Assembly (NCBI GenBank): GCA_051362555.1
Contig: CM120641.1
Location: 29,022,401-29,086,400, forward strand
DNA length: 64,000 bases
Source of the DNA: Lingula anatina
Taxonomy: Eukaryota; Animalia; Brachiopoda
Direction: 5' to 3'
Below, one piece after another: positions 27,696 through 40,417 of the stretch. The translations under genes were made by a program, and so were the position numbers. Positions within the stretch are counted from its first letter, which is position 1; each line of letters starts with the position of its first letter. The notes beneath the pieces were generated by a model, which was not told where the DNA came from, did no database searches, and saw only the letters and a program-made list of their open reading frames with translations.

Positions 27696-28067
27696 TGGAG
27701 GAAGATGGAGATGACAACGATGGAAAGGAGGAAGATTATTTGCTCAGTTACATTCCATATCATTGCTATAACTTGTGTGATCTGGTCCCTTTACGTGCTC
27801 ATAGACCGGACTACAGATGAGATTGAAAATGGTATGCTGGAGTGGCCATTTTGGACCAAACTGATTGTGGTCTTTATCGGCTTCACTGGTGGCCTCGTGT
27901 TCATGTATGTACAGTGCAAGATGTATGTGCAGCTGTGCAGACGATGGAAAGCGTATAACCGTGTCATTCACATACAGAACTGTCCACCGAATGCATCCGT
28001 GAAGTTCATCACTCCAGTGGAGAAAATTGACTCAGAGAGTTTGATACAGGAGACAGCGTTACTTTAA
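27696..28067 (+). CDS. MARCHF8: MARCH1/8-like E3 ligase, last coding exon (two TM helices and C-tail)
   Basis: Acceptor ttttgttttag|. [39 protein letters not shown]...[28 protein letters not shown]...WKAYNRVI closely matches the MARCH1/MARCH8 TM region. Stop TAA at 28065-28067. Confidence 0.97.
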   Translation, partial: WRKMEMTTMERRKIICSVTFHIIAITCVIWSLYVLIDRTTDEIENGMLEWPFWTKLIVVFIGFTGGLVFMYVQCKMYVQLCRRWKAYNRVIHIQNCPPNASVKFITPVEKIDSESLIQETALL

Positions 28068-28145
28068 TTTAATGTCATTACTGTTATAAAGATTGCCTTT
28101 CCCCACATTGCTGTGGTCTAGATATTTAGAAAATTTCTGGACTTA

Positions 28146-28413
28146 GACCCCGTTCCCATACCTAGATCAATCTAACAGTTATCAATCCATCTCTGAGGGG
28201 TTTCTTGCTAAATTGCTTTCAGGGTAAGCAGCTTAAACGTCTGGCAAGCCTACTGAAGCTGCTTAAAGATAGTTAATTAGATAGTTGATTAACTGTAACA
28301 GCTTCAGTAAGCCTTCCAGACTTCAGAGCCACTTTAGCTGAAAGCAATTTAGTGAGAATGTCCTTGGAGAAGGATCGATCCTGTTAGATCGATCTAGTTA
28401 TGGGAATGGGGTC
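28146..28413. mobile_element. Fold-back MITE (family B), complete copy, PIF/Harbinger (Tourist)-like
   Basis: TIRs GACCCCGTTCCCATA / TATGGGAATGGGGTC flanked by TTA at 28143-28145 and 28414-28416 (3-bp TWA TSD). Most of the 268 bp is an imperfect palindrome. Confidence 0.88.
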
Positions 28414-29726
28414 TTAGGTACCAGCAGTGCTCTTTCGAAAAATGCATGTAAGGTTATGAACAGTAGGACTTCTTCCAAGGACAGGGTTTCCATATGCCTT
28501 GTGTTAATTCTAAGGAATTGAGGGTGACAGTGATTGTAAAATATATCAGCTGTATGGGAATAATTTGATTCTATAAAATCTGCTTGAGAGATTGCCCTTA
28601 TCATAAAATACCCAGAGGGAATTATTAGACGGTCATATCACAGAACAACCTTATATTGGAAAACTATGTTGTTGTTGTTTTTCTATTAATTTAAGGACAG
28701 TGAATTAAAAAGACGATTTTATGTGTTGGTGAAAACCCAACGTAGTTATATTGCCTCCTGTCTCTGTAACGTTAAAATTGTTGGTGAACATTTTGAAATG
28801 GAGGCCTTATATACAGATTAGGCATAAGCAAACTAGAGCCTCAGATTTGTGAGTTGTGAGCACAAATGGCCAAATTAATGACTCGAACCACAAATTTAAG
28901 ACCCCAACCTAAAATTAGTAGCCATGAGCACAGAGATAGGTTCCACAAACCATCAATCCAAATTGTTGGTGTGGTAATTTTATGTTGGGGTACTTAATTT
29001 ATGGCTTGAGTCATTTGTGTTCCAAATCTAAGGCTTGTGTTAGCAAGCACAAGTTTAAGAGAGATGGAATGGGAATTATTTTCAGTGAAAGTGTTGTAAG
29101 TTGCATTATGAAGTATATTTGTACTGTTACATTTATAAGGGATAAAGGCACAACTGAAAATATGATCAATACAATTATGAATAATCTGCAGGTTGCAAGC
29201 AATGCAGTGGATTAGTAATAGGTTCAATTTTTATGGTAGAACAGATGTGTAGCATTCCAATATGTTCAACTGTTTAGTCCTGTTGACACCTTTGTATCAG
29301 TTTAAATGCCATAGTTTTTCTGAACAGTGAGATAACCCTTTGCTTTATTAGCTTCACATTAATAATATAAAGTTGCTGTTCATATTTTGCATATTGCTTA
29401 GAGCTTAGTCACCATTTGTTCAAAAAGATGAGCTCTTAGTAATGCAATGCCCACGACTCAGATACATGTACTATAATTTACCATTCAGTGCAAAGGTAGA
29501 TATATTATTTTAGCAAAGAAAGAAAGAAAAAAAAAGAAAAATAATCCATGTCATGAAAGTAACTATATATATTTAGAAGCAAAGCACTGAAATGATAAGT
29601 TATAAATGTATGACATTTTGTTTGAGTCTTTCTGCCTTTGTGCACAAATAGGGCAGTATTCTACTGTAATAATCTCATACTGACAGTGAAGTCTGGGGAG
29701 TGAATCTCATGGGTCATTGCCTTTTT

Positions 29727-32538
29727 TTTTTATGTACAGACACAGATGTGTCTGTACATATTGCCATCACCTGCGTCTGTCGTCGCCGTCGCCGTCGCCG
29801 ATCATGTCGCCGTCGCCGTGCACTTTCAGCGTTAACACCATAAGTGGAAGACAGTTTTACTTTTTGGCTTTATATTTACAGAGCTGACTAATATTCATAA
29901 AACGCAGGTCAAGTTCGAAAATCAGCATCATCGGGCCATTATTGTAGAATTTATGCTGTTTTTTCACTTTTTAGCATATATGCAACACTGTTAACACATT
30001 TCAAAGAAAACCGATAGGCCTGTTGTCATGAAACTCACAGGAGTTATCAATCTTACTAAAATGCAGATCAAGTTCGAAAATCGGCATGATCGGGCCACTA
30101 TTTTAGTAGTTATGCTGTTTTTTTCACTTTTCAGCATATGTGCAACACTGTTAACACATTTCAAGGAAAACCGATAGACCTGTTGTCATGAAACTCACAG
30201 GAGTAATCAATCTTACTAAAACGCAGGCCAAGTTCGAAAATCAGCATAATTGGGCCATTATTTTATAAGTTATGCTGTTTTTTCACATTTCCTCAGATTC
30301 AATTCTTAGGCATGTTAACAGTCTCATTATTTAACTAATAAGATTAGTAAAAGTGTTTGTTTGACATTTCCTGCATCTTTACAACATTGTTAGTTGATTA
30401 TGTAAAAATGATGGTAAACTTGTTATCATGTATTGTATAATAGAGTATCAAAAATGGAAATAAACTCAGATTCATTCATTCATTCATTCATTCACTATGT
30501 TCAGAAACTCAGAATGGAGAAAATTGGACATTAAACACTGTTCTATTGATATTTTTCCCATCTCATCAATTTTCTTAGTTGATCATATATAAATGGCAGT
30601 AAATTGTTAATTTTGTTATATGTTAAAAAATTGTTAAAAATGGAAAAAAAACACATTTCAGGACAGTGCTGTCTTGTCTACATTTTGGCATTTTCAAGGT
30701 GTGACTTTGAAGTTCCTTGGGCCTGAAGACCTTTGCTAGGAACATTTTCTGAATATCCATGATAGTAATATTTTATTATTAAAAATTGATGGTAATTATC
30801 CTGTTAAACATTATGTAATATTGCATCAAAATTTGAAGACACCCCTATTTTGGACACTGCTCCCATGATGACCATTTAAGGAAAACCATGTCACTTACTG
30901 TTCTCAAACTTACAAGAAGAAACATGGGACTTAAATAAAGCTTCAGTGGGCAATGCAGTCTATTTGGTAAATTTTTTTGACAGTTAAAGTCATAATAACT
31001 CTTCGTTTTGGCCAAAAATACGATTTTCCTGGAAAAAACGGCAATTTTCCCGTACTTACCAATGGTCAACGACCCCATTCCTGTATTCAAAGTTAATCCA
31101 GGGTTTTTTTCCTAAACGTACGGTTTTTTGTTAAAATCTCTTAAGAGATTTTAACTGACGGAGCCCTCTCGTATCGAGCGATAGTTTCTAGTGACCTACT
31201 TAAAACCGCGGGAAAAGCAGACAACAACACTATATAACAATATTATAAGATTCATGAGATATATTCGTCTTTTTTGCTCAAAATGCATTTATATCTACAA
31301 TGTGTGCAATTCTGGGCTTTTCGTTATCCGACGCACTGTAAAAAACTCGCAACTTACGTCTGAGGGTTTCCCGCCATGTTATTTTGGTCTCGAATGAACG
31401 CGAGAATCCGCGTGACACCATTACGTCATTAGCAACGGATGCACTTGTCGACCGCGAAGAAAGCATCGAAAGCCCAAGTGACAAGCACAAATTTTAGTTT
31501 TACTACAATAACAGTCGTTTTAGTGGGAAAATGCAACAGAATATATTTCCAGGCGTTGTTTAGAATGTATTTCTTGCGGAATTTTGAATCTCAAAGGAAG
31601 AGTTATTATTGCTTTAATCAGTTTTTTGTGAAAATTTAATTTTTCACATATTGGCATTTTCAAGGTGTGACTTAAGAATCTCCACCGGCTTGAAGACCCA
31701 TGCTAGTCACATTTTCTGAAAATCCATGATACGGATCTTTTATTATTAAAAACTGATGGTCATTATGCTGTTAAGCATTATGTAATATTGCATTAAAATA
31801 GAAGAAAACACAATTTTGGGTGCTGCTGCCATGATGACCATTATGGGAAAACCATGTTACTTATGATTGTCAATCTTTAAAAAAAGAAACAAAGGACTAA
31901 AATGCAGGCTGAGTTAGAAAAGCAGTCTAATTGGCTTCTTTTTCTGGAAGTTATACATTTTAGTGAAATATTCATTTTTATCATGTTGGCATATTCATTG
32001 TGGGATTCGAAGCTCCCATGGACATGAAGCCAAATGGTAATCAAATTTTCTACATGTCCATGCTATTTATAGTCAATAATCAAAAATTGGTGATAATTAT
32101 TCTGTAATTTATTATGTAATGTTACATCAAAATTGACAAAAATCTTTTTGCACTGCTACTACAAACATTATGAAAAGAAAACTGTTACTTATTATTATTT
32201 TCAACTTACAAGTATGATTTGTAGGATTGGCATGCAGTTCAAATAAGAAAGCCAGCTCAAATGGGTTATCATTTATTATTGAATTTAAGCAGTTTTATGT
32301 GAAATTTTCATTTTTCTCATTCTGGCATTTTCAAAGTGTGAACTTAAACTCCCATGGGCCTGAAGCATTATGCTTGTTACACATTTCACTTACATTGGTA
32401 TTACCTGTTGAGCATAATTAAAATTTGATGTTGAATGTGAAGTTAAGCATAATGTACTTTTGCATCAGAATTGACAGTAGCCTGTTTTGTTATTTCCTGC
32501 TTTTTGTCTGTACATTTGACAGCTTTGCTGCCTTGTTT
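29727..32538 (+). mobile_element. HINE family A, copy 3, full length, interrupted by a nested element
   Basis: Perfect 14-bp head palindrome after a T-run, GTC/GCC microsatellite, about 158-bp tandem units, a second longer tandem array, and 3' subTIR plus hairpin. Confidence 0.92.
30988..31613. mobile_element. Non-autonomous Kolobok-like DNA transposon (626 bp) nested in HINE copy 3
   Basis: TTAA duplicated at 30984-30987 and 31614-31617. TIR AGTCATAATAACTCTTCGTTT versus AGCAATAATAACTCTTCCTTT (reverse complement of right end). Empty site cagTTAAtcag is present in copy 4 near 60698. AG..CT termini with a TTAA TSD fit Kolobok rather than piggyBac. Confidence 0.88.
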
Positions 32539-35500
32539 AAGAATAATTTTAAAAAATGAAATAAACTCTGGTTTTGGTTTCCAGGGCCCAGTGAATACTA
32601 CAGTCTTGCCTAAGCAGACACTCACTTTCCACACTTGGATGCTTGTGATGATTCAGTAATGACATTTATTTATTTATTTATTTTTGTCCTTTGGTTTTAG
32701 TTAAATTTTGGGTTGAAGTTTAAAAAGAAATAAAATTGGCAAAGTTAGGTTATGTGTACTTATCCTATATATAAACTGTACAATGAAGAAAGGAGATGTT
32801 CCAGGCTGTGATATGTTCTATAAAAACAAGGACAGATAATCATTTTTAAAATCCGAGTAGGAATAAGATGGTGCTGTTAAGTACAGGTAGCAAAAAAGTT
32901 GTTATCAATCTCATTTAATGTAATTATTTAACATAAAAAAGTATTTATGTATATGCATGCACTGTATTTGTAGCTCTAATGCAAACGTATGCACAGTCTT
33001 AAATTGGCACAGCTGATGAAAAAACTGTCTTTATGTAAAATCTTTTATTCATGGAATGGGGTTTAAGTTAAATTAGGGATTATGGAAAACCAGTCCCTAG
33101 CATGTTGATATGATTATCTGAGGGGTATGTAAATTCATATGTAAAAAGGAAATTGAATGTATTTCCAAATAGAGGGTCTGTTGTGGGTGTTCTCACAGTT
33201 TTTTTTAAGTTGATATATATTGATCCAATATGACAAAGGACAAAGGATATTGATGAGCTTAGGATACAAAAAGCTTAACCTAGAAGATGCATATATTTCT
33301 TTGTACACTTGTTGCACAAAATTAAAATGATCCATTTTTTTAATCAAAACTTTACATCAGCTGAGAGACTTTTCATTTACTTTAACATTAATAAATGAAT
33401 TATTATCATTGAATTGTTTTGAAAATGGGCCTTGTTAAGAAAAAGTATAAAAAATCAATATTTTAGAACTTTATTGTGAGCTTTGCAGTTTTTTACATAG
33501 ATGTATAGCACCAGATAATTGTTGAAGACAGTTCTCCCGTTCTCAAGTCCCATGAACTGTCTCTTTATATATATCGTATTGATCCCTAAAATGTAAAACT
33601 GGTGCTTTAAGTGTATTGCTACAGCTATAAATCTGTCTGTGATGTTGCCGGTGGCTAGCGTAGTACGTGTATAAACGAGTCGCTACATTTACTAGATTCT
33701 AGAATTGTGATTGTGAGGCATAGTTGTATGTTATTGGTTTTGACAGCAGTCACTTTGCTTTTATGTTCACAATGTCGTTGTTTATAAAACTAATTTTTTC
33801 CAGTAAATGCACCCTTTCTATTGAAAGTGGTTCATTGCTACACGTGTAGTTGGTGCACAGATATTTCGCACCGTGTACGTATTTGTTAACTTTAAGTGAC
33901 AAAAGTTGTAATAAAAGCGGAAAATAAGACGTTTAGTTTTATTGGTGCTTTTGTATTTCTTGTAGTGCGTGCGGAAAGAATATTTCCATGTACTGAAAGC
34001 GCGATGTACGGCTGTGTGGATAAACGAGAAATTTCCTCTGAAGCTCCTCAATAAATTGCGTTTGGTGCGTACATATCTTTATTTTATTACAGCTAAAGCA
34101 TTACGGATTGGCATTACAGAGTAACGATTTTAGAATTTACCAACACGCCGCTCTTCTAAAGAATTACGGTGTAAAACGGGCCCTAGATGTTTTAATGCTG
34201 TCCTGTCTCAAACCCTCTAGCAGGGTCGTAGATTTCATCATGTGCGCTCCTCTGACACAGTGCAAAATATATTCATTATTTAACTACAAACATATCTGTG
34301 ATTATCTTGTGAAAAATCTGTGGCCCTGCTAGAGGGTATCTCAAACCAGGACGAGCCATGTGATGCTGTATTATTGAAACAAGTAGGCGTACTTCTAAAA
34401 CGGGCGATATATTTTTCTTGGAATTAATGTTCAAATGGACAAGATTGCATTAAAACCGAAGTGATCAGTACGGAGAGATTTGAGTATAAATACCCATGTA
34501 TGGTTAGCTGAGAGACTGTGAATAAACTCTTGAAGCCCCAAGGGGGGAGTGAACGAAGACCGATCCCATTAGCTCTACCGACGCAGGGCTAAGGTGAACA
34601 ACCAGACCATCGGCGTCCTCAGCAGCATCCACCAGAAAATATGTGCAGAGAAATCTTGTAACTTCATGTAAAAACTTCAAAATCATCAAAATTATTTGAG
34701 GGAGCAGTACTGCAATAACACAGCCACTCATTAATCCCAAACATAGGTGGTTGCTTTAATTTTCCTTCTTATATACATGCACGACCAGGAAAGATTTAAT
34801 GCACTTGAAGAACATCCTTAAGAACAGTGGATCTACATATATGTACACAATTGAAAAAAGTAGAATAATTAGTTTTAAATATCTTCATTGAAATTACACG
34901 GCTTTTTAATATTTTTTCATTTTAACACATACATGTAATCTGTACAGAAGAATGAAGAATACATCAGTTATGTGACGAAGTCTTCACTACCACAATTTTC
35001 TATCGTGTTCGCAATGATGCCTTATTCGGTCTCGTGGGACAATCTTCGTATCATATCATTTCATATCTTAGCTTACACATTGAGTTATTGAATTCTGGCC
35101 AGAATATGACCCGAGGACTATACTGATACTAAGTGTTTACAAAAAGGCGTTAGGTCTTTTTTTCAGTAACAAAAGAAAAGTTAACAATGTTGAGTGGTCT
35201 CTAGGCTAAGTAGGGGAGAGAGTTTTACCTAAAGAGGTTGTGTACTTGTAAGGCATTATGTGTAGCATGTATTACATTTGAAACATATGTCACTAGCGGA
35301 ATTATGTTCTTCGCCGAAAATTGAAAACTTTGATAACTAATGAATAACCAAAAAATCCATTTTCGTTATAATTAATTGCATTCCTTGAGTAAAGCAGACA
35401 ATGACGAAGAGCACAAGCAGAAAACTCAAATCATTGATTCGACAATTAACATTCCCTTGAGGGATTGAAAAGTGATGCTGATAAACGCGCCTCCTTTACC

Positions 35501-38279
35501 CTTGACAATGAAACTGGAATACAAGCGTGATCGGGATTATTTTGTAAAAGGGCCACCATACTGTACTTGTGGTAATATCCGTTTGTCTGAAAATTCATGA
35601 AATTTGAAGAAAAAAATGCGTTTCGGATGCTTTCGCATGGAAACATACACGCATTTCAAGGGGCCTTTCTTTGTCGTTCCTTTTCTATTATCTACGAGTG
35701 ATGAAAAAATTCAATAATTTGAGTAGGGAGTGGAATTAAAATCAAAATCAGAATCAAATCTAAATCACCTCTGAAGCACCTCCCGATTTTGGACTGCATC
35801 GAAAACCAATGTCCCCAAGAGTAACGTGGATACGCCTGGCCCGCTTGGAACCGTAGTTCCTTCCCCATTACTTTGTACAGGGACTACCATTCCTGTCACA
35901 GCGGCACCTTGTCCAGGCACATATCCCTCCAATGTTTGCCGGATTGATCGGGGGAGATTCCTCGCGGGTAAAGGACTAATCTTTTAAGACATCGCGCTTC
36001 AAGCTAACAAATTTCATTTACTAAGCCTGTGTTCCTTGCATAGTGCGATGTTTCACAGGAATAGTGGTAGAGGCCGGTTTTGCATTGACTTTGATGTGTT
36101 CATGATAATATATTTGTTCGGAAATAATACATTGAGTCAACAGTATGATATCGAAATTAGTATGATCAACCAATAAAGAAATGAAATGTAAAAGATATAG
36201 TGACAGACTGTTTAAATACGTGCTGAAAGAAATGTTCTTTTACTGTAGCAAATATTTGATTTATTACGAAGGGGGTATGTTAACGTAATTAAAAGTAAGG
36301 CGAGTGCTTTTTCCGTTTAGTAAAAAATAGAACTTTCTGTCGATGTATCTAGTGTTTCAAAAAAGTCAATTCAGAAAAAAATATATATCCTGCTCATATA
36401 TCCGGTGCTCGAAGCTAAACCTCAAGTATATAGTATCTGTTAATCTCTGGGTGTTTTGTACTAAGGGAAGAAAATATTTACCTTTGAATTCATAAATACA
36501 AAACACCACGCTGGCCGCAGTAGACACATCCACACACAGCTCATCCACACAGCGCAGTACCATGAATTCAATTTTAACCTATTTTGTATTGAATCGTGAT
36601 TTTGTTACTGATTCCACTTGTGCCCTTATTCTCCCATACTCATTTCCCTTTTAGTTAGGTGTTATGAATGGTGTCTTCAGTGATATGTAATTGCTGGTAT
36701 TCGTAAGGATACGATACAATCATTGACTAGCGACATATGGGGTATTACATGTATTTAAGACGAAAAACATATTTTCAATGATATGTAATACGCACAAAGC
36801 CTTATAGTTACGATTTCATGAGATTTCAAACAGACAGAAAATTTTCCAAATAATTTTGTCAGGTCTCCATTAATTTCTGATTCTTCCCAACCATCATCAA
36901 GTGATCCACAAACTCTGAAACGCTTTCTAAAATGGATTTCTTTTTTTTTTTTTCAACTTCCCCCTTCGAAAAATGCTTCATGCGATCTTTTTAATTTTTT
37001 CCAGTATGACGTTCGAATGCAGTTTAGGTATGGGCCGTCTTATAAATGGACAAAGTCAAGTTTTGACTTAATGCAAAATTTAACGGACCCAAAATACCTT
37101 GAGAAATTATTGAAACAGTTATATTCACCTACCGTTGATGTATGAAAAATGTATAAAAGTGTTGACCCCTGTCAAAATTCCCCGTGTTATTGCAGAGAAG
37201 ATATGCCCCAAAATGTTTACTAGTAAGAATCCAAAGCATGAGAGGGCTTAACAAATTTCGCATTATGGTACTGTAGTGAGCGTATGGGAATTCGACCTTG
37301 TAATGCACAGAAACTTATTTGTCATTATTTTGCAATAGAAATGATAGCACAGGGATGCGATGTAACGATTCAGGCAGTCGATAGCCGTTTTACCTTAATA
37401 ACAAAAATGCTTGAGGGTTCACTGCACTTTTATAACCTGATTCCTACATAATATACCCGTCGAGGCCAAAAGCTAAAAATATCCCCTCCCCCTCTCTCTC
37501 TGTATACTCATCTACAGGTTCCTCATTTTTCATCCAATATAATACGGCCCGGCACGCAGACTATAAACAGAAAAGCCTACTACTGTATTCGGTGAGCTTG
37601 ACTGCGACTTCTCTGCACTTATTTTTAAAGCACAACCGTTGTACCTTGCACATGCTTTGGAAATAGATTAATTATTAATATGACATGGGCTCCCGGGAAT
37701 TGTCTACCATTAGGTTGAGCTACCTGAGTAGAGTCATTAACGGCAAAATAACGCGTGCATTAAGGGCAACTCATTGCTATCCATTCGCTCCTATTCACTT
37801 TGCCAGATTAACAGGTGAACTTTTGTCATCCACTTCATCAAAAGCCAACTTATATATTGAACATAGTAATGCAGATATTTGGAAGGTATGATCTTAATAC
37901 ACTGCACAGTACAGTAGCCTACTTGACCAATGTAAGTCTGGAGGGGAAGGGATAAAGGCTATAAAGTGCACCCTTGCTAAAAAAAGATAAAATAAATACG
38001 TGGGAAATTAGAGCTATAATTATTAAGCCAAAGTTCACTGTGGTAATTTCACAAAGCCTTTGATAAAGCTGTCGGTAGCTTTGACCAATTAAACAACTTT
38101 GATGTTGCGAAAGAGGACAGAATATTTTGAGTAAAATACGCCTTATAGAGTTGTGTACCCCGTGTAACAGCATTTAGCAGAAATTTATGGCCCAGACACT
38201 GGTGTTAGCGGTTGCAAATCAGTTTTGTCCAGCATATTTGAAGGATGGCAATGTCCCGTCATAAAGCCCAAAATGTGTC

Positions 38280-38830
38280 ATTGAAAGCATGTCTAGTTTT
38301 CTGATAAAGCAAGGTTCCTTCTGCATGGTGTTGTTCGCCAACTCCATGCTTCGTGTCAAGTTTGGAAGATGTTTGCTGGAGACTGTGAGGTGAAAACTAT
38401 TGCCTAGGTGGTGTTTCTGTCCATCTTGGGGTTTCCATTCCTTATGGAGATGGAACCAATATGCTGTATCTCAGAAAAATCGTAGATACCAGTGTCTACA
38501 TGCAGGCTCTGGTGACAGAAATGGTGCCACATGCTACAGCCCATTTTAGTCGTAACTTTCTGTTCCAAAATCGAAATGATAATGCTCCACCTCCTCTAGC
38601 TCACAGAAGGAAGCAATTCTTTAATGACGGAAAAATCAAGCAAGTAGACTGGCCTGATTTTTCCCCTGATGTGAACCCCATAGTGAACTGTGCTGTAAAG
38701 AGGGGAGTACGGCACGACACTAAATGGGTCGATGCTGGCTTTTGTCAAGGACTGGGCTTATCTCAGCCACAGATTCGTCAGCAAACTGCTGAAACTGGTG
38801 GAGTTAGTTCCTTGAAGAATAGATGACGTC
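38280..38830 (+). pseudogene. Degraded Tc1/mariner transposase (DDE domain) relic
   Basis: FSDKARF near 38297 (FSDExxF), FLFQ..DNAP (FQQDNAP) and WPDFSPDVNPIVN (WPxxSPDLNPIEN), with stops and frameshifts between motifs. Confidence 0.85.
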
Positions 38831-40417
38831 ATTCGGGTTCGTGACAGCTATGTGAGATAACTTGATGACGAGCTAACTTCATGGCACAACATTGCCTTTG
38901 GGTGACTCTGCGAATCTTTTCTAATCCACTCTTCCTGAAACACGGCATTTGCTTTTCCCTATATGAATTGCCGATAATTTACCAAATTTACAATTGACCA
39001 CCAGAAGGAACCCAAATGAAAAGAAAATCCCCAAATATAATGTTACTTGAATGTAGAACATGAAATAACAATAAAACGCTTATGAGCTAGTTGAACAATA
39101 CTTTTTGTCTTAATTTGAACATACTGAAATCGCAGATACAATGTTCTGTTGCAATATTACACCATTTTTCACTTACTATTTTTATCATTATTTAAATCGA
39201 ACCGTGAGGCAAAAGGGTTAAGCACCATTTTTCTGGCGTCCATTTTACTGATAGTGAGACGTTGCACACAAAGAGCGCCATTTGAGCGTCAAGGCGGATC
39301 TTCCCTATGCAGGAATATCTTGGAATAATCTGTCAAAGCATCATCATATCGCTCTACCTTGACAGCACGACACGTATTGAGTCAAACACATGCTCCACAG
39401 GCAATCTGATTGCATTGTGATTGATTTTTTTATTAGAAGTTTAAGCGATTAACATCTTACGCCCGATGGTTTCTTTAACCACCCGATATGTGTGTATTTG
39501 CGTGTGTGTGCGTGCGTGTGTGTGTGTGTGTATTATGTTTATGCACCGATTTCACAGAAAACTCTTGCGAGTTATCTCCCCTGCTACTCTCAACTTGAAG
39601 ATACATAAATGGTATATAATCGAACTTGCACTTGGGGATCCACAGCCAAGAAGACTTAATGTCGTCACGGAAGTGTTACTTTCAGAATCTGAACTTAAGA
39701 TATCTTCATAAGAGAACTTGGCAAATAACATATTCGAACTTATACGGCCGGCACATTGGTAAACATTATAACGACAAAAATATATATATACACTGCAAAT
39801 ATCTTTTGAATGACACTCAATTATCACTTCTTTACTGGCCAAATTACATTTTCTAAATGTCATTCGTTATACATCAGTAATTCTGGAAATAAATGTCATT
39901 TCCATTAGTCATCCAATGATCATTTTCTCAGATATTAATAAACGTATCAATTCTCGCAAACTATATAATTAAAACAATGTTCCATGAATTTTATGAGAAG
40001 TCACATCTTAAACCCTAAAGACATGATAAGAATAGTGCATGTGCTTACATATAATAATAATAATAATACAATAAGGAATGGATACTTCAGCACCATTGTC
40101 TGAATACGTATCCCTTACCCATTTCCCCCATACACATTCAAACCGACCTTTCCTAAATAAATCTTTGGTATATGCAGAGCGTAGCTATTTTTTAACATAT
40201 AACTCTAATTCTGGTGGATAACAGTGTTTTTTTTTTAATCCGCATCCAAGCCATCGGTGGTGGAATCAGATGTCGAGATCATCGAGAGATTCGCTTATTG
40301 CCACGCTGTTCTAATACATCTTTGAAGAACGTACCGTTTAATGTGTAAAATAACATCACATTTAGAGTAAAATTATTACAAAGCTGAAAAGGCAAGAAAC
40401 AGAAATTGATTGAGATT

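Noticed and set aside
32227-32421. Duplicated ORFs MACSSNK... (also 61125-61319) and ...WSSWEQCPK (30845, 60559)
   Set aside because: They recur only because they lie in near-identical HINE copies. There are no protein motifs, and the starts are non-ATG.
38461-38826. Intact Tc1 transposase
   Set aside because: Motifs are degenerate, the upstream part has stops and frameshifts, and no TIR pair was found; kept as a relic only.
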